A stretch of 64,000 bases of DNA from Octopus vulgaris (GCA_951406725.2 OX597819.1:49166001-49230000); one strand, 5' to 3'; positions 1-14,332 are shown, numbered from the stretch's first letter. A program made the numbers and translations. Notes: a model not told the origin generated them from the letters alone.

Positions 1-2407
1 CACAAGTAAACATGCATGGTTGATAGACAACTAGATAATATCATTGAAGTGTGTCTATGTTATTATACTTGTGGAAACGGGGGGGGGGGGGGGGGAATCA
101 TCTTTACAAAATTTATTTAGTGTTTCGGAAAGTCTAGACACCTAATTAGGGATTATTCCAGACATTTCTTTTCAAATATTCTCAGGGTTTGATTTCTCAT
201 TTGTCAGCTTTGTCATAGCTAAAATATTCATGAGACTCTATTTTCCAATATCTAAAGAAGCCAAACAAAAATGTATTTTCAATAACCAAAAGCAATGTAC
301 AAAAACTGTTGTTCTTCTTGCCATTGTTACTGTCATTATCAGCTTTATTATTTCAGTTTTGTATTTTCCTTGCATTCCAAATTACTTTCACTACCTGTAA
401 CCTCACCATTTTCATACAAACAAGATGTCTCAATGTGGTTGATCAATTTGCTAGATATATCAGCAAAATTTCCCTTAAATCACAACTCTGTGAGCATGGT
501 TTATAGGTACAGGCATGGCTGTGTGGTTCAGAAGCATGCTTTGTGATCATGTGGTTTCAGGTTCAGTCCCAATGTAAGGCACCTTGGGCAAGTGACTTCT
601 ACTTTAGCTCCAGACTGACCAATACCATGTGAGTGAATTTTTGTAAATGGAAACTGTATTGAAGCCTGTCATTACACACACACACACACACAGGTACTGA
701 CTCTCTTTCTCACATACAGACATATTGAGTTATAAGCCTTTAACATACTGGTTGTTTATTATAGTTGCATAACAAAACACAGTGTCCTTGCCAGCAATTA
801 ATATGTACATACCAGTTGCTGGGAATGTGTTAAATATGTAGAGTTGGTAAATCTAACTGTGTTACACTGCTATATTTGGTGGCTATTTAAGCAATGTGGT
901 CATGGATGGTTAATGTGTTGCTGAAGAAGGAGCAAAATCTCCTGATGCATTCATAAACATCTTTTACCTATTTTTCTATCTTTGATAGCATTGCTTACAG
1001 AGATATATTTGTATATGAAATGTAACTTTCACTACTAGCTATAATTTCTATAGAAAATCTGTGGAGATAACTTTAAAAAGTAATCTATCTGAAGAGAGCA
1101 GTAGACTGCACTTTATTTCTTAAGGCATTTCAGTTATTTAACATTTCCCCTCTCTGTATCCTGAATTGACGAAACACATGACATCTGGAAACCTCTTTAT
1201 AATGAATGCAATTGACTGTGAGATTTTACCAGAAGGGAACAGAAGAACAGAAGTTACCATTCTTGTGTAATAATATCTATGAGTTTACATGTATCTTTTC
1301 TTTCTTTTAAATGCAATGTGAAGAAACAGCAGGAATGAGTAAGAATTGTTAGGGTGTCATAAAATACTTTCCAGTATTTAGTTACGGCTCATTACATTCT
1401 GAGTTCAATTCCTGCTGAGGTCAGCTTTGCCTATGAACCTTAAGTGTTGAAAAAATAAAGTACCAGTCAGATACTAGAGTCAGACTAATTGACGGGTATT
1501 CTACCCTGAAATTGATGCCTTGTACCTATGATAGAAACCAATGCAAAATTAAAATATCTGCCTCACTTATTACACAAAGTATTATTGAATGTGATCACAT
1601 GAGCTAACAAGGAAGCAACTATGTGGTTCATTAAGTTGCTAGAAATAGCTGCCAAATCTCTCTCAATTTACACCTTACTTTCATCTAAAAAGCTACATTG
1701 AATAGTATTGTCTAAGGTACACCTGACCAGACAAATTTAGTAGAGATGGTCATAACTAGAATGTATTTTGATCATAAGTCTGCTCGATATGAACAGACTA
1801 AGGTCAAAACAACAACAACAATAAAGGAGGAATTCCAACCACGTTTCATGGTTTGCTACCTCACCAGCTCCTTTGTAGGATCCAGTGGCTAATGACATCA
1901 TCAGGAGGAACCATGTCTGGTTTCTGCCCCTACTCCTCAACTTTTTTCAACATGGTGTCCCCACAACTTTCGGATGTGAATCAACTCTGGTGTTGAGTAT
2001 GTTTTTACTTTCTCCTTTTTCTTTGGCCTTTTGTTCTTTGGTTTCTTCAATACAGTGTTAATGAAAGTAGCTACACAATGAATATAGATACACTTATATT
2101 TGGTTTTCTTCGAGACTGCTTGTCTTTTGTTAAAATATTTGCCTGTATAGCTAGCACCTGTCAAATACTAGTGTCAATTTAATTGACAATATCTTTTCCT
2201 TGAATGTGTGAGTTTGAGCCAATGTTGGAAATCAATATTTAGGTGGTGGGTGATAGATAGATTTACTAGATCACTGGGTTAAACACTTTTGAGTATTTAG
2301 TTATGTCTGATAACATTTCGAGTTCAAATCCTGCTGGAACTGACTTACCTTTTAAATCTCCTAGCATCAGTAAAATAAATACCAATCAATTATTGGGGTT
2401 GATCTGA

Positions 2408-2408
<1 letters not shown>

Positions 2409-2481
<73 letters not shown>

Positions 2482-2489
2482 TAACACAT

Positions 2490-2524
<35 letters not shown>

Positions 2525-2576
2525 AACATACACACACATGCACACACAAACACACACACACACAACACACACACAT

Positions 2577-2647
<71 letters not shown>
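2409..2647. repeat. (CA)n microsatellite
   Basis: Read directly; many similar CA/TA tracts occur throughout the window. Confidence 0.97.
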
Positions 2648-4193
2648 TTTGTCATAATGTACCAGCATCAGGAATAAAAATTAGCCAAGATACAAAAACC
2701 TCAAGGAGGAAAATTTCAAAGAAGCAATGTTCACAGATCTCAAATGATCTCCATCAAAGAACAAGGTTCAATGCAAAAATTTGTTATGCTAATGAAAGCA
2801 ATGATGAAAAGGAATATGTAAGTGTTGTGAAAAGTATTTCAGATCTTTATTGCCAGTTACTAAATAGCAATAAAGTTTTGGTTACTACATAAACCCGGCA
2901 TCAAATGTAAATGTGTTCTTGTGAAACATCTCAAACACAATGGCATTTATGTTCAAATAGGTGTTACTACATATTGGTTACTACATATACAAACTTGAAC
3001 TGTGGTAGATCTTTCTTCAGTTTCAACAATGAGCATTCACTTGTTCAATCAGTCGAATGCGAGGGTCATTAAATGAATGTGTCAGTAGCTGAGTATTCCA
3101 TAGATGCATGCTGTCTTAGTGCAATTCCCAAGTTGGATTAGCATGGCACTTCATCGTCGTCGTCATCACCGCTGCTGTAGTCGTCGTCGTTGTCGTTGTC
3201 ATCATCATCATCATCATCATCATCATTATCATCGTCGTCATCATCCTCACATATTGTCCACTTTCCATGCTAGCCTGGTTCGGATACTTTGACAGGAGTT
3301 GAGAAGCAAGAGGGTTGTCCCAAGCTCTAGCATCTGCTTTGGCATGGTTTCTACAACTGGATGCCCCTACCTAATGCCAGCCACTGTACAGAGTGTACTG
3401 GGTGCTTTTTACATAGCACCAGTACCAGTGGTGGTGGTGGTGGTGAGGTCACCAAATAACTTACAATAACTTACAAAACTTACAAGTAACTTACAAAACA
3501 AAGCCCCCCAGCTGAGGTGGGGAGTAGTACTGAGGAAGGCAACTTTGTGCCTGAGGATGAGAGGCAGAATGGTAGAGAGGCAGTATGGGTAGAGAGACAG
3601 AAATAGGAGTCTTGCAGTAAAGGAGATGCATGGATACTTCAGAAGGAGAGAGAGAGGTGGGGGGGAAGATGGCGATGATCTTGGTACATCCAAGTTATAG
3701 GGGAAGTGTATATAAGTGAAGTGGGACCTAGGACTGGGTAGGATGAATTAGTGAGTAATAAGGTTGCAAAAGGAGAGTGGGAGGTAATGGGGAGGGAATG
3801 TAGGGAGTGGACAGAAAGAGAAGGAGATTTTGTTTGGAGGATATGTTGTGGGGAAAAGATTAAACAGCGGGGATGAGAAAGCTGAATCCTTGAATTACAA
3901 GCATAATACATCTGATGGACTTCCATACAATTTCTGTTGTTGACCCATTTACAATCATAAGTCTTAGGTCAACCTGATGCTGTGATAAAGACACCTGCTC
4001 AAGGTGTCTTGCTGTGGGGTCAAGCATAAGGTCCACTAACTGTGAAGCAAACTTCATAACCACACAGCCATGCTTGCTTCAACCTAGAAATATAATAATG
4101 TGTTGGTTAGATAATGGGGTTAAATTTATGGATGTAGGTTGAAGGGCTGATGATATTTTCATGTTAATAATACTGAAGGAGGGGATTATGATA

Positions 4194-4510
4194 CATTGGA
4201 TCCTTGGTTTATGAATTTAATTTGTTCCTGAAAACTGTTTATCACACAAAATATTTGAAACTGAAACTATTTCTCCAATAGGAAATTTAAGTGAAGGCAT
4301 GGCAAATTCAAGCAGGGATGTGCACTGAACAGAAGCTACACAACAACTGATGCTCTTCCTGCTGATACTCCCAAGTTATCACTAACTTTAATTGTTGGCT
4401 TGTGTGTTCTTTACTCAAGACACTGTCACCTGAGATGCTTTATATCCAAAAAATTATTCATAAACTTATTTGTTTATGATGAAAGGCATTTGTAAACTGA
4501 GGTTCCACTG
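4194..4510. mobile_element. Tigger/pogo-type MITE
   Basis: TIR CATTGGATCCTTGGTTTA / TAAACTGAGGTTCCACTG, preceded by TA. Confidence 0.65.
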
Positions 4511-5014
4511 TTTCTCATGGACTGTTTAAACTGGAAACCAGTTTTTGTTTAGCCCCATGTAAGCCCTGATTCCTGATTGAATAAACTTATGATCAAAGGT
4601 ATTTCAAACATGATAATCCCATATTTTTGTATATTAGGGACTACGTTATTCAGTATGCCCTTATTATTTCAGATGGTAGGCTGTGATCTGAGGGAGATTT
4701 GGCTGCCATGTACAACAGAGAAAAACATCCAAATAGAAGTTCATATGTTGGCTATACCCTGTAAAAAGGACATTATCACTCCTCAACACACAGAAGCTCT
4801 GCTTCTTAATGCAAAGAATTCATGGAAAACTCTGATGATCACTCACATAAAGACATATGGCTTATGGAATATGTATAAAGAAAGGAACAATAGATCATAC
4901 ATCTTTACTGATACATGCACATATCCACAGATCTATGACTAAAGACCATTACAATTTGTTGTTTAACTCCAGCTCAGAACTGGGTTAATATAGTTAACAG
5001 TATACCTAGGATTA

Positions 5015-5247
5015 TAGTAGTTCTCAACCATTTCTTGCTTATGGACCCTCTTTGATTCCTTGTTTACTTGGATGGACCCTCACAGCCATTTGATATTTGA
5101 AAAACCCTATAATATTTTTATAATTAAATATCATTAGGAATTGTACAAAAAAAAATTGTTAAAAATATTTAGTGTATTGTAGAAGTATAACAACAAAATC
5201 TTACATGGAACCCCAAGGGGCATATGGACCCTGGTCAAGAACCATTG
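5015..5247. mobile_element. hAT/Charlie-type MITE
   Basis: Ends TAGTAGTTCTCAACCA / TGGTCAAGAACCATTG; internal TGGACCC repeats. Confidence 0.6.
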
Positions 5248-5896
5248 GTCTAATATGTACACCCTCTTTTAAGAAAATGGTGCGAATTTTGATGGATACC
5301 TCTATGCCGTTTCTAGTAGGTTGAGTGACTGTTTAGGACCTCTTTTATTGTTTTGTCCTTTCAGACATCACCAAAAGAGGTAACAGGCATTAACACCAGC
5401 TAAGAACAGACAATGGGAACAATTAAAGACAAAAAGGAATCTCACACAACATCTAATATAGTGAAGGCCTTGTGATCTTAGTTATAGTCTAGACTTTATT
5501 GCATAATAAATATATACACTTAATTTTATTATTATAATTTCTAGCAGAGTAATTCTTAATCTCTTTGATTCTCTTAACCATAAAACTGGCAAAATATAAC
5601 ATGTAATTATTGTATGTGTAGAAGCTAGAAGAGGGTGAAATTTCATAGTAACAGTTAAACATCCTTAGTGGAAATAGATTTTATATTCCACACAGAATGA
5701 TTTTCCAGTTAATGTATCTATGCCTCCTCTCTCTCTATGTGTAATTATGTATGTATGTATCTTTATATACATATATATGTTTACATTCACACACACACAC
5801 ATGCATGCACATGTATGCATGCACACACACACACATACACACACACACACATACACATACATATTTATATATATATATATATATATATCTCTCTCA

Positions 5897-5954
<58 letters not shown>

Positions 5955-6239
5955 CTTCTTGTGTGTTGTATTTCATGCCAAAGAATTATTCCTTTTGCAT
6001 CTGTAGTTATAGGCAGCACATTAAATAATCATGTTATTAATTATTCTAAATGAAATGAAAATCAAAAAATATATAAAATACTTTTAAAGTTACTTAAATT
6101 TTAAGGATCTTTGCCTATAATCTAAAATAAGACAGCGACTACTGTACAGTTTTGAGTAGACCAAACCTTTCAGATAATCTCTTTTTGAGTAGGACACAAT
6201 TTAAAAACAAAAATAAGTCATGTTGATGTGATGAAATTT

Positions 6240-6348
6240 TCAGTGTTGTCGACCATAGTAGACTTGAAAACGATTTGTTAGAATATATTCTATATTCTCT
6301 TCCAGAATTTTTATATCTTTGTATGGAACAATCGATATTGTATGCCAT
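6240..6348 (-). CDS. Candidate terminal exon
   Basis: ttggttctttgtattag|A-WHTISIVPYKDIKILEENIEYILTNRFQVYYGRQH*; unique sequence, product not recognised. Confidence 0.25.
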
Positions 6349-6485
6349 CTAATACAAAGAACCAAACATCAATTGTCTGGAATATAAACCACACCCTGTT
6401 TTGAGAATGTTATTACATTTCATTGACTTCAATCTTGAGAGTCTGGTGACTTCACCATTTTCATTAAAATGTATACAATCAAACA

Positions 6486-6882
6486 CAGGCATGGTTTTGT
6501 AGTAAGAAGCTTACTTCCCAACCACATGGTTCCAGGTTCAGTCTCATTGCATGGCACCTTGGGTAAGTCTTTTCTACTATAGCCTTGGGCCAACCAAAGT
6601 CTTGTGAGTGGATTTGGTAGACAGAAACCAAAAGAAACTTGTCATATGTGTGTGTGTGTGTGTCTTTGGGTCTGTGTTTGTCCTGCATCACTGAATGAAA
6701 ACCGGTTTTGATGTGTTTATGTCCCTGTAACCTAGCAGTTCAACAAAAGAGGCTGGTAGAATAAGTACCAGGCTTAAAAAAGCCAAAAAAGAAAAAAAAC
6801 ACTAGAGTTGATTCATTCAACTAAAAATTCTTCAAGGTGGTGCCCCAGCATGGCTGCAGTCTAATGACTGGAACAAGTAAAA
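6486..6882 (+). mobile_element. SINE family A
   Basis: Collinear with 10042-10433. Confidence 0.88.
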
Positions 6883-7949
6883 TGTAGAAGGTAATTAATT
6901 TGTTATTACTCGGAAAATAATTTGAAGAAGAAGAAAAAAAAGCGAGTTGAAGGTTTGAAATATGCAAACAACCACTGTATTGGCAAATGCACACATTCAT
7001 TTATATAGCATTCTTAAACTCTGTCTTACAGAGAGTATTCTTAAACAGCTAAGCAGAAATGAATGCTTCAGTCCACAGACTCGTTGATGAGTGAGTAATC
7101 ATAGCACAGTTATTAAAAACAAATATAATTTCATTAGAATAATACGAAGCAGAAATTTAGATAATCTAAACTAATCCTGTCAGTTGCAGAAGATTAATAT
7201 AACCCCTTAAATAGGCTTAATATAGCTTAGAATGTAATTTACAAATATAAAAGAGATCCTGGATGGTACAAACAATTGTAGATAGAATACATACTGTGTG
7301 TGTAAATAAATATACATACATACGTACATATATATATGTATGTATATATATATGTGTGTGTGTGTGTATATATATATATATGTATATGTATATAGATATA
7401 GATAATGTTGTATGCAACCTTGAGAACCTCCTGCATGCTATGTGGAATGACTCAAGTATGTTTAAAAGATTCCTCATACTCAGATATTTAGAGATGATGT
7501 ATGCATTAAGTGATATATAGAACAGAAGTATGTCGGATTGAACATATACTACTGGATAAATTTAGCTGTTTTTGTTTAGCCCCAGGTCATCTTTGACTTA
7601 AAAGGCCTGTTATCAAAGGTGTTTTCAATGATGACCATGCTCTTCTTTCTTTCGTTCTTTCTTTCTTTCTTTCTTTCTATCTTGCTTCCTTCCTTTCTTT
7701 CTTTCTTTCTTTCTTTCTTTCCTTCCTTCCCATCTTTCCTTCCTTCCTTCCTTCCTTTCTTTCTTTCTTTCTTCCTTCCTTTCTTCCTCAGGCACAGTAT
7801 TCCCATAGATATCATATCTAATGTGAACTTTTTTTTAAAGATGGTCTGGCCTAATCTTAGAAATATTTGGCTACTGTTTCTCGCAGATAAAACAACCATG
7901 TAGAGACTCCCTCATGAAAATTAGTAAAGAATAAATCCTATGATTTTTT

Positions 7950-8140
7950 ATTGTTTAGTCCCAGGTCAGCCTTGATAAAGTAGACCTATGATCAAAGGCA
8001 TTCCAGCTATGACCATCACATAATTTTGTATATCAAAACCTACTTTATCCAATGTATGCTTCTTTTTTTTTAATATAGTAGTGTAGTTTGAAGGAGATTT
8101 AGCCACTATTTCTAGTGTTTTGAGTGACCACATAGTGACT
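7950..8140 (+). repeat. Old interspersed repeat family F
   Basis: TTGTTTAG.CCCAGGTCAGCC...ATCAAAGGCATTCCAGC...GGAGATTT.GC..CTATTTCTAG also occurs at ~1600-1820(-), 4545-4710, 7570-7900, 13520-13720, 38710-38880(-), 39700-39900. Confidence 0.65.
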
Positions 8141-8392
8141 ACCTTGTTCAGTTGAAATATTATCAGTAGTCTGGGAAGGTCGCAATTTATAAATTAGTAA
8201 ATACTGATACTGTAGAATTGGGGCATGCAGTTGTTGAACTGTCTGACACTGCATGAATATGGAGAAACAAGTTAATTTTGGAAACAGTTTATGTGGGTGA
8301 AGCTTTTGAGAAAGAAAACAAAAATAGGTTTCAACCTTTATTTTTGTACATTTTCTAGTCATCAACTAGAAATGATAGTAGAACTAGAAATG

Positions 8393-8665
8393 AGAAGAAG
8401 AAGAAGAAGAAGAAGAAGAAGAAGAAGAAGAAGAAGAAGAAGAAGAAGAAGAAGAAAGAGGAGGAGGAGGAGGGGGAGATGGAGGAAGAAGAAGAAGAAG
8501 AGGAGGAGAAGGGGGAGATGGAGGAAGAAAAAGAAGAAGAAGAAGAAGAGGAGGAGGAGAAGGGGGAGATGGAGGAAGAAAAAGAAGAAGAAGAAGAGGA
8601 GGAGGAGAAGGAAGAAAAAGAAGAAGAGGAGGAGGAGGAGGAAGAAGAAGTAGACGAAGAGAAGC
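8393..8665. repeat. (GAA)n/(GAG)n polypurine tract with higher-order unit
   Basis: Pure GAA run, then three repeats containing GGGGGAGATGGAGGAAGAA. Confidence 0.95.
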
Positions 8666-9096
8666 TTCACATCAATTGAAAGAATATTCCAGTGCCAATT
8701 TTTATATTATTATGCAATACTGGCAATTGGGGAGGGGGGGCTAGAAGTTGAATCATGAGAATTTGGAATAAAGAAAAAAAATTCCTCATTGCTCGTTTAT
8801 ATTTTGTAACACTTTGCCTTCCAGTGATTCCTCGCAATACAGAATGAATATGTAATATTTGCTCTGTACTGGAGGGATCCCCAGCGATAACCATGCTATA
8901 AACCAATGTGGTCAGTTTATATAGTGAACTAGACACATCTCTTTTCATTTTTTCCCCTCTATTTTACTTGTTACAGTCAATGGATTGCAGCTATATACTT
9001 AAAAAATTAAAAAATACATAATCTATTAGAAAATTAAGTAGGCAAAGTGTTAACCTGTCTAAGACCATCCTTTGTTCAATGATACAAATGTCCTGT

Positions 9097-9900
9097 TTAA
9101 CCCTTTAGCAGTTAACATTACTCTGTCAAATGTAATGCTTATTTACTCACATTGCTTTGAATTAATCATACATTATCTCATAACTTCTACTATAGCCTCG
9201 GGCTGACCAAAGCCTTGTGAGTGGATTTGGTAGACGGAAACTGAAAAGAAGCCCGTCGTATATATGTATATATATACACCAAGGTGGCATGCTGGCAGAC
9301 TTGTTAGCGCGCCGGGCGAAATGCTTAGCGGTATTTCGTCTGTCGTTATGTTCTGAGTTCAAATTCCGCCGAGGTCGACTTTACCTTTCATCCTTTCGGG
9401 GTCGATAAATAAAGTACCAGTTTCGCACTGGGTGGGGGAGTCGATGCAATCGACTTAATCCCTTTGTCTGTCCTTGTTTGTCCCCTCTATGTTTAGCCCC
9501 TTGTGGGAAATAAAGAATATATATTTGTATATATATATATATATATATATATATTGTGTGTCTGTGTTTGTCCCCCTAGCATTGCTTGACAACCGATGCT
9601 GGTGTGTTTATGTCCCCGTTACTCACCGGTTCGGCAAAAGAGACCGATAGAATAAGTACTGGGCTTACAAATGAATAAGTCCCGAGGTCGAGTTGCTCAA
9701 TTAAAGGCGGTGCTCCAGCATGGACGCAGTCAAATGACTGAAACAAGTAAAAGAGTAAAAAAGAGTATTTCAGTGATATGGTTATTTATTTTAGAATGAC
9801 ATTGTAGGTAGGTGTGAGAGGCCAGATCTGGCTGGTTTGAACATAAAACAGGTAAAATATTTCAGTTGGATATGCCCAGTTTAAATACTAAAGGGTTTAA
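9097..9900. mobile_element. TTAA-flanked (piggyBac-type) MITE with nested SINEs
   Basis: TTAACCCTTTAGCA...TACTAAAGGGTTTAA. The same family occurs at 19701-20198 (interrupted), 23601-23820 and 30788-31013. Confidence 0.75.
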
Positions 9901-10041
9901 GTGATCTACAATAAAACCTTACATTACATCTAAGTTTCATGTTAATTTATGTTCCAAAATGGAGAGAGTCAGAATGATATAGACACCTCTGATGAGAACC
10001 CAATAAGGTTTGAAAATCGATTAAGGTTGTTCATCATTTTT

Positions 10042-10433
10042 AGGCGTTGGAGTGGCTGTGTGGTAAGTAGCTTGTTTACCAACCGCATGGTTCCGTGTTC
10101 AGTCCCACTGAGTAGCACCTTGGGCAAGTGTCTTCTACTATAGCCTCGGGCCGACCAAAGCCTTGTGAGTGGATTTGGTAGACGGAAACTGATAGAAGCC
10201 CGTCGTATATATGTGTATGTATAAATGTATGTGTGTGTGTTTGTCCCCCCAACATTGCTTGACAACTGATGCTGGTGTGTTTACGTCCCCGTAACTTAGC
10301 GGTTTTGCAAAAGAGATCGATAGAATAAGTACTAGGCTTACAAAGAATAAGTCCTGTGGTCAATTTGCTTGACTAAAGGCAGTGCTCCAGCATGGCCACA
10401 GTCAAATGATTGAAACAAGTAAAAGAGTAAAAG
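10042..10433 (+). mobile_element. tRNA-derived SINE family A, full length
   Basis: A box TGGCTGTGTGG, B box GTTCAGTCC, CORE-like CCTTGGGCAAGT, internal (TA/TG)n, tail GAAACAAGTAAAAGAG. About 20 copies or fragments in the window, e.g. 511-670, 9185-9765, 12980-13110, 35362-35752, 61377-61590, 63693-64000. Confidence 0.9.
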
Positions 10434-10902
10434 AAACCAGTTTAATAATGAGAATGTTATTCTATTCAATCCTTCATTATTTTCAAAATTAGATAAAACA
10501 AATGCTGTTCATTTCAACAAAAGAATGATGACAAAAGTGTTTAACCTAGAACTAACTCACTAACCTTTATCAAAAGCGGAAATAACTGTTAAAGATATTT
10601 TAGTAGTCTAAGATTAGTAATAGTTCAGATGGGATGATAAGTAAATAACTAGAAGGAAGTTACTAATTTTCTTGCCATGCAATCTGAACTACTTATTTAG
10701 CAACTAAGCATAACAGGAATCTGAACTAGGAACTTGCTTATATGACGTCAAGCTTAAAGACGTTGATGGTAAATTCAATGAATAAGTAATTTAAAAAGAA
10801 AAGAATAATAAAAAAATAAATTTTTAAATGCTGGAATAAATGTCTTAGAATGACATCATGCAAGAACTTCTAAATTCAGAGGACAAAAATGTTTTGACTT
10901 AC

Positions 10903-10926
10903 CAAAAGCAGAACCATAAATTTATT
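10903..10926 (-). CDS. Candidate 24-nt micro-exon
   Basis: ttttcttttctctctttcacag|AATAAATTTATGGTTCTGCTTTTG|gtaagt; reads NKFMVLLL in phase 0. Confidence 0.5.
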
Positions 10927-11042
10927 CTGTGAAAGAGAGAAAAGAAAATGGAATGTAAAGGTGGTTTAGATTTATTACAAGAAAAATAAACTAGTTCTTA
11001 TATAGATGAAAATTTATATCAGTATTAATGTAGTATGTTAGT

Positions 11043-11492
11043 ATATTCTTTTCTACTCTAGGCACAAGGTCTGAAATTTTGGGGAAGGGTGACAGTTGAT
11101 TAGATTGACCCCAGTGCGCAACTGGTACTTTAATTTATCGACCCCCAAAGGATAAAAGGCAAAGTCGACCTTGGTGCAATTTGAACTCAGGATATAAAGA
11201 CAGAAGGCGGCGAGCTGGCAGAAATGATAGCACATCGTGCGAAATGCTTAGCAGTAGTTCGTCTGCTGTTACGTTCTGAGTTCATATTCTGCCGAGGTCG
11301 ACTTTGCCTTTCATTCTTTAAATTAAGTACCAGTTACTGGGGTCGATGTAATTGACTTAATCCCTTTGTCCTTGTTTGTCCCCTCTATGTTTGGCCCCCT
11401 GAGGACAATAAAGAAATAAGAACGTAAAGACAGATAAAATACCGCTAAGCATTTCACCGGTCGTGCTGACATTTCTGCCAGCTCACTGCCTT
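11043..11492 (-). mobile_element. SINE B (minus) interrupted by SINE B (plus, 11205-11420)
   Basis: TAAAGACAGA is duplicated on both sides of the inner copy. Confidence 0.85.
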
Positions 11493-12136
11493 AGTATATC
11501 AGTATATTAATATAGCTATTGGTAACTAGACAGAAAATACATTTAATGAACCTATAGATATATGGCTATGTGGTTAAGAAGTTCACATTGCATGTGACCA
11601 AGTGATCCTGAGTTCAATTCCACAGTGTTTTGGGCAAGAGTCTTTTTCCATTGTCTAAGGTTGACCAATGCCTTGTGAGTGTAATTTAGTGGGCATAAAA
11701 TATGTGAAAGCCCACTGTGTTTATGTGTGTGTCCTTCTTATATATATTGGCACCAAATATAAAAACATCAGCATGAAAACTAGTAAACCAGTGTCTTTGA
11801 ATGGAAATATTCTGTGGCAGCTACCTGTATACATCGTACAGAGGCTTTCTTGACATCATAATGCAGTGACTATAATGCAGTTATATCATAATGCAGCAAC
11901 TCATTAAAAATTTCTAACATATGCTCACACAACATGATGTAAAATCTATTAAAAAAATAATATAAAAATATAGCCAATCTTAAAAGCAGTCATTCTTTTC
12001 CTTCACTCAATCACATTACTTCCTACTGGTAGTTATTGAGAACTTGAGGAGTTTAATACAACTGAGTAAGGAAAATCTGCCTAACATTAACAGCATATAA
12101 TTTTATCTAAATATTAATAATGCTACTTTGATATTT

Positions 12137-12800
12137 AGGTGGCAAACTGGCAGAATTGATAGCATGCTACACAAAAAACTTAGTGGCAATTCATCCGTCT
12201 TTACATTCTGAGTTCAAATTCTGCACAAGTCTACTTTCCCTTTCATCCTTTCAGGGTCAATAAAATAAGTGCCAGTTGAATACTAGGATTGATGTAATTG
12301 GCTTACTCCCTCCCTTGAACTTATTGGCCTTGTGCCAAAATTTGAAACCAATAGCACTATTTAATATTAAGGCAGGGAGCTGGCAGAAATGTTAGCACTC
12401 CGGGCAAAATGCTTAGCAGTATTTCACCTGTCTTTAGGTTCGGAGTTCAAATTCCGCCAAGGTCGGCTTTGCCCTCCATCCTTTCAGAGTCGATAAATTA
12501 TGTACCAGTTGCGAACTGGGGTTGATCTAATCGACTGACCCTCTCCCTCAAAATTTCAGGCCTTGTGCCTAGAGTAGAAAAGAATATTAAGGAAGCAAGC
12601 TGGCAGAATCATTAGCATGCCAAAGTGTTTAGCGGCATTTCGTTCATCTTTTCATTCTGAGTTCAAACTCCACCAAGGTTGACTTTACCTTTCGTCTTTT
12701 TGGTGTCAATGAAAGAAGCACCAGTTGAGCACTAGGGTTGATGTACTTGACTGGCTGCCTCCTCCCAAAATTTCAGGCCTTGTGCCTACAGTAAAAAGGC
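12137..12800 (+). mobile_element. Three head-to-tail SINE family B copies
   Basis: Heads at ~12137, ~12370 and ~12590, each ending GGCCTTGTGCC... Confidence 0.85.
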
Positions 12801-14332
12801 CACAACTGTTTTGATATTATCTGCTGTGTAAATGCCAGTAATAAACCTTAACTCCATCCTTACAAATATTTCCACTTGTGTATAATCAAATTAAATCCAT
12901 TAAGTTGAAGTAACTGCTAAATCCAGCAAATACAGGCTAAATGAATGCACTCAGTTCAAGTTGAAAAATGGTTGACGAATGGCTGTGTGGTAAGTAGACT
13001 GCTTACCAACCACATGGTTCCAGGTTCAGTCCTTTGGGCAAGTGTCTTCTACTAGAGCTTCAGGCTGACCAAAACCTTGTGAGTGGATTTTGTAGACAGA
13101 GACTGAAAGAAGCCTGTTGTCAGCTCCTGTCAAACTGTCCAATCCATGCCAACATGGAAAACGGTTGTTTCATGATGATGATGATGACAATGATGATGAT
13201 AATGGTGGTGGTGGGGGTGATGAATTTAGTCAATTCTTGCTTGACAAAGCATTACACACATCAGCAAACATACTATGTGTTATTCTAATATAAAGAATTA
13301 TTTTTGGACTGTGAAAGGCGGATTTGTGTTTGTCGGTTGCAACTTGAAAGAATGTTGAAACATATTTCCTGTGATCCAGTGATGCCATACACAATCCAAT
13401 ATATGTTTTCACATATGTCTTAGAGGAGAATTTTCTACTGAGACAATTTCCACAGCAGAAGGTCTTTCTACATCCATGTGTGTTTGAGTGTTAAACATGA
13501 AATGACAGAGGTTGCTGGTTAGTGTTGTTCAACCCCAGGTTAACCTTAATCAAACAGACTTAATGATCAACGGCATTCCAGCCATAACTGTTAATATTAT
13601 TTTCATTTACAGTATATCTAAGGTGGCGTTATTCAATGAGTCCTTTATTTATGATAGTAGGGTATGGTTTAAAGGAAATTTTGGAGCTATTTCTAGCAGA
13701 GCAAGGAGTTACATAGAAGCTCATTGATGGTTTTTTTTCTGTTGTTGCTTATCTCAAATAACACAGGATCAATTGAAGAGGCAAGATGTAAGACTGATCT
13801 AACCAATGCCAACCAGGAAAAACACATGTAAAAAGATGGTGGTGGTAGTGGAGATGGTGATGGTGATAATGATATCTATTTTAATTCCTTTAAATTGTTT
13901 CTGAGACCCAAGAGCCAGTACACAGCCAGTTTTTACAGCATTAAGTGAATTCTCAACAAATCTCCCTTTAGATAAGACACCAATTTATGCAAGGTAACTA
14001 TATCCCTAAAACATTAAATAGCCATTACTCTTTCTCCACAATCAAATGAACAGGGCAGAACCGACTGTCATTCTTAGAAACATAGAACAATATCTGCAGT
14101 GATGTTTAAATCTCACCCCAACAAGTCAACAACTCAATACACACGATACTTCAGACAAAATTTATTTACTTTTGTTTGAATTCACTCTTCATATTTATCT
14201 ATATTAGCAGGATCTTTAGAAATTTTACTTTTAATAAATTTTCTGATTTCTATTTTGAATGACACATTTATAGGATCTTCATAGCACTGTTTCAGTAAAA
14301 GTTTTGATTATGTCTTTGATTTTGTCCCACAG

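Noticed and set aside
1937-2164. Lys-rich minus-strand ORF as a terminal exon
   Set aside because: The putative acceptor lies in a decayed SINE tail and no protein family is recognisable.
8291-8679. Poly-R/K, poly-E and poly-L/F ORFs
   Set aside because: Simple GAA/GAG repeat open in several frames, with no splice or domain support.
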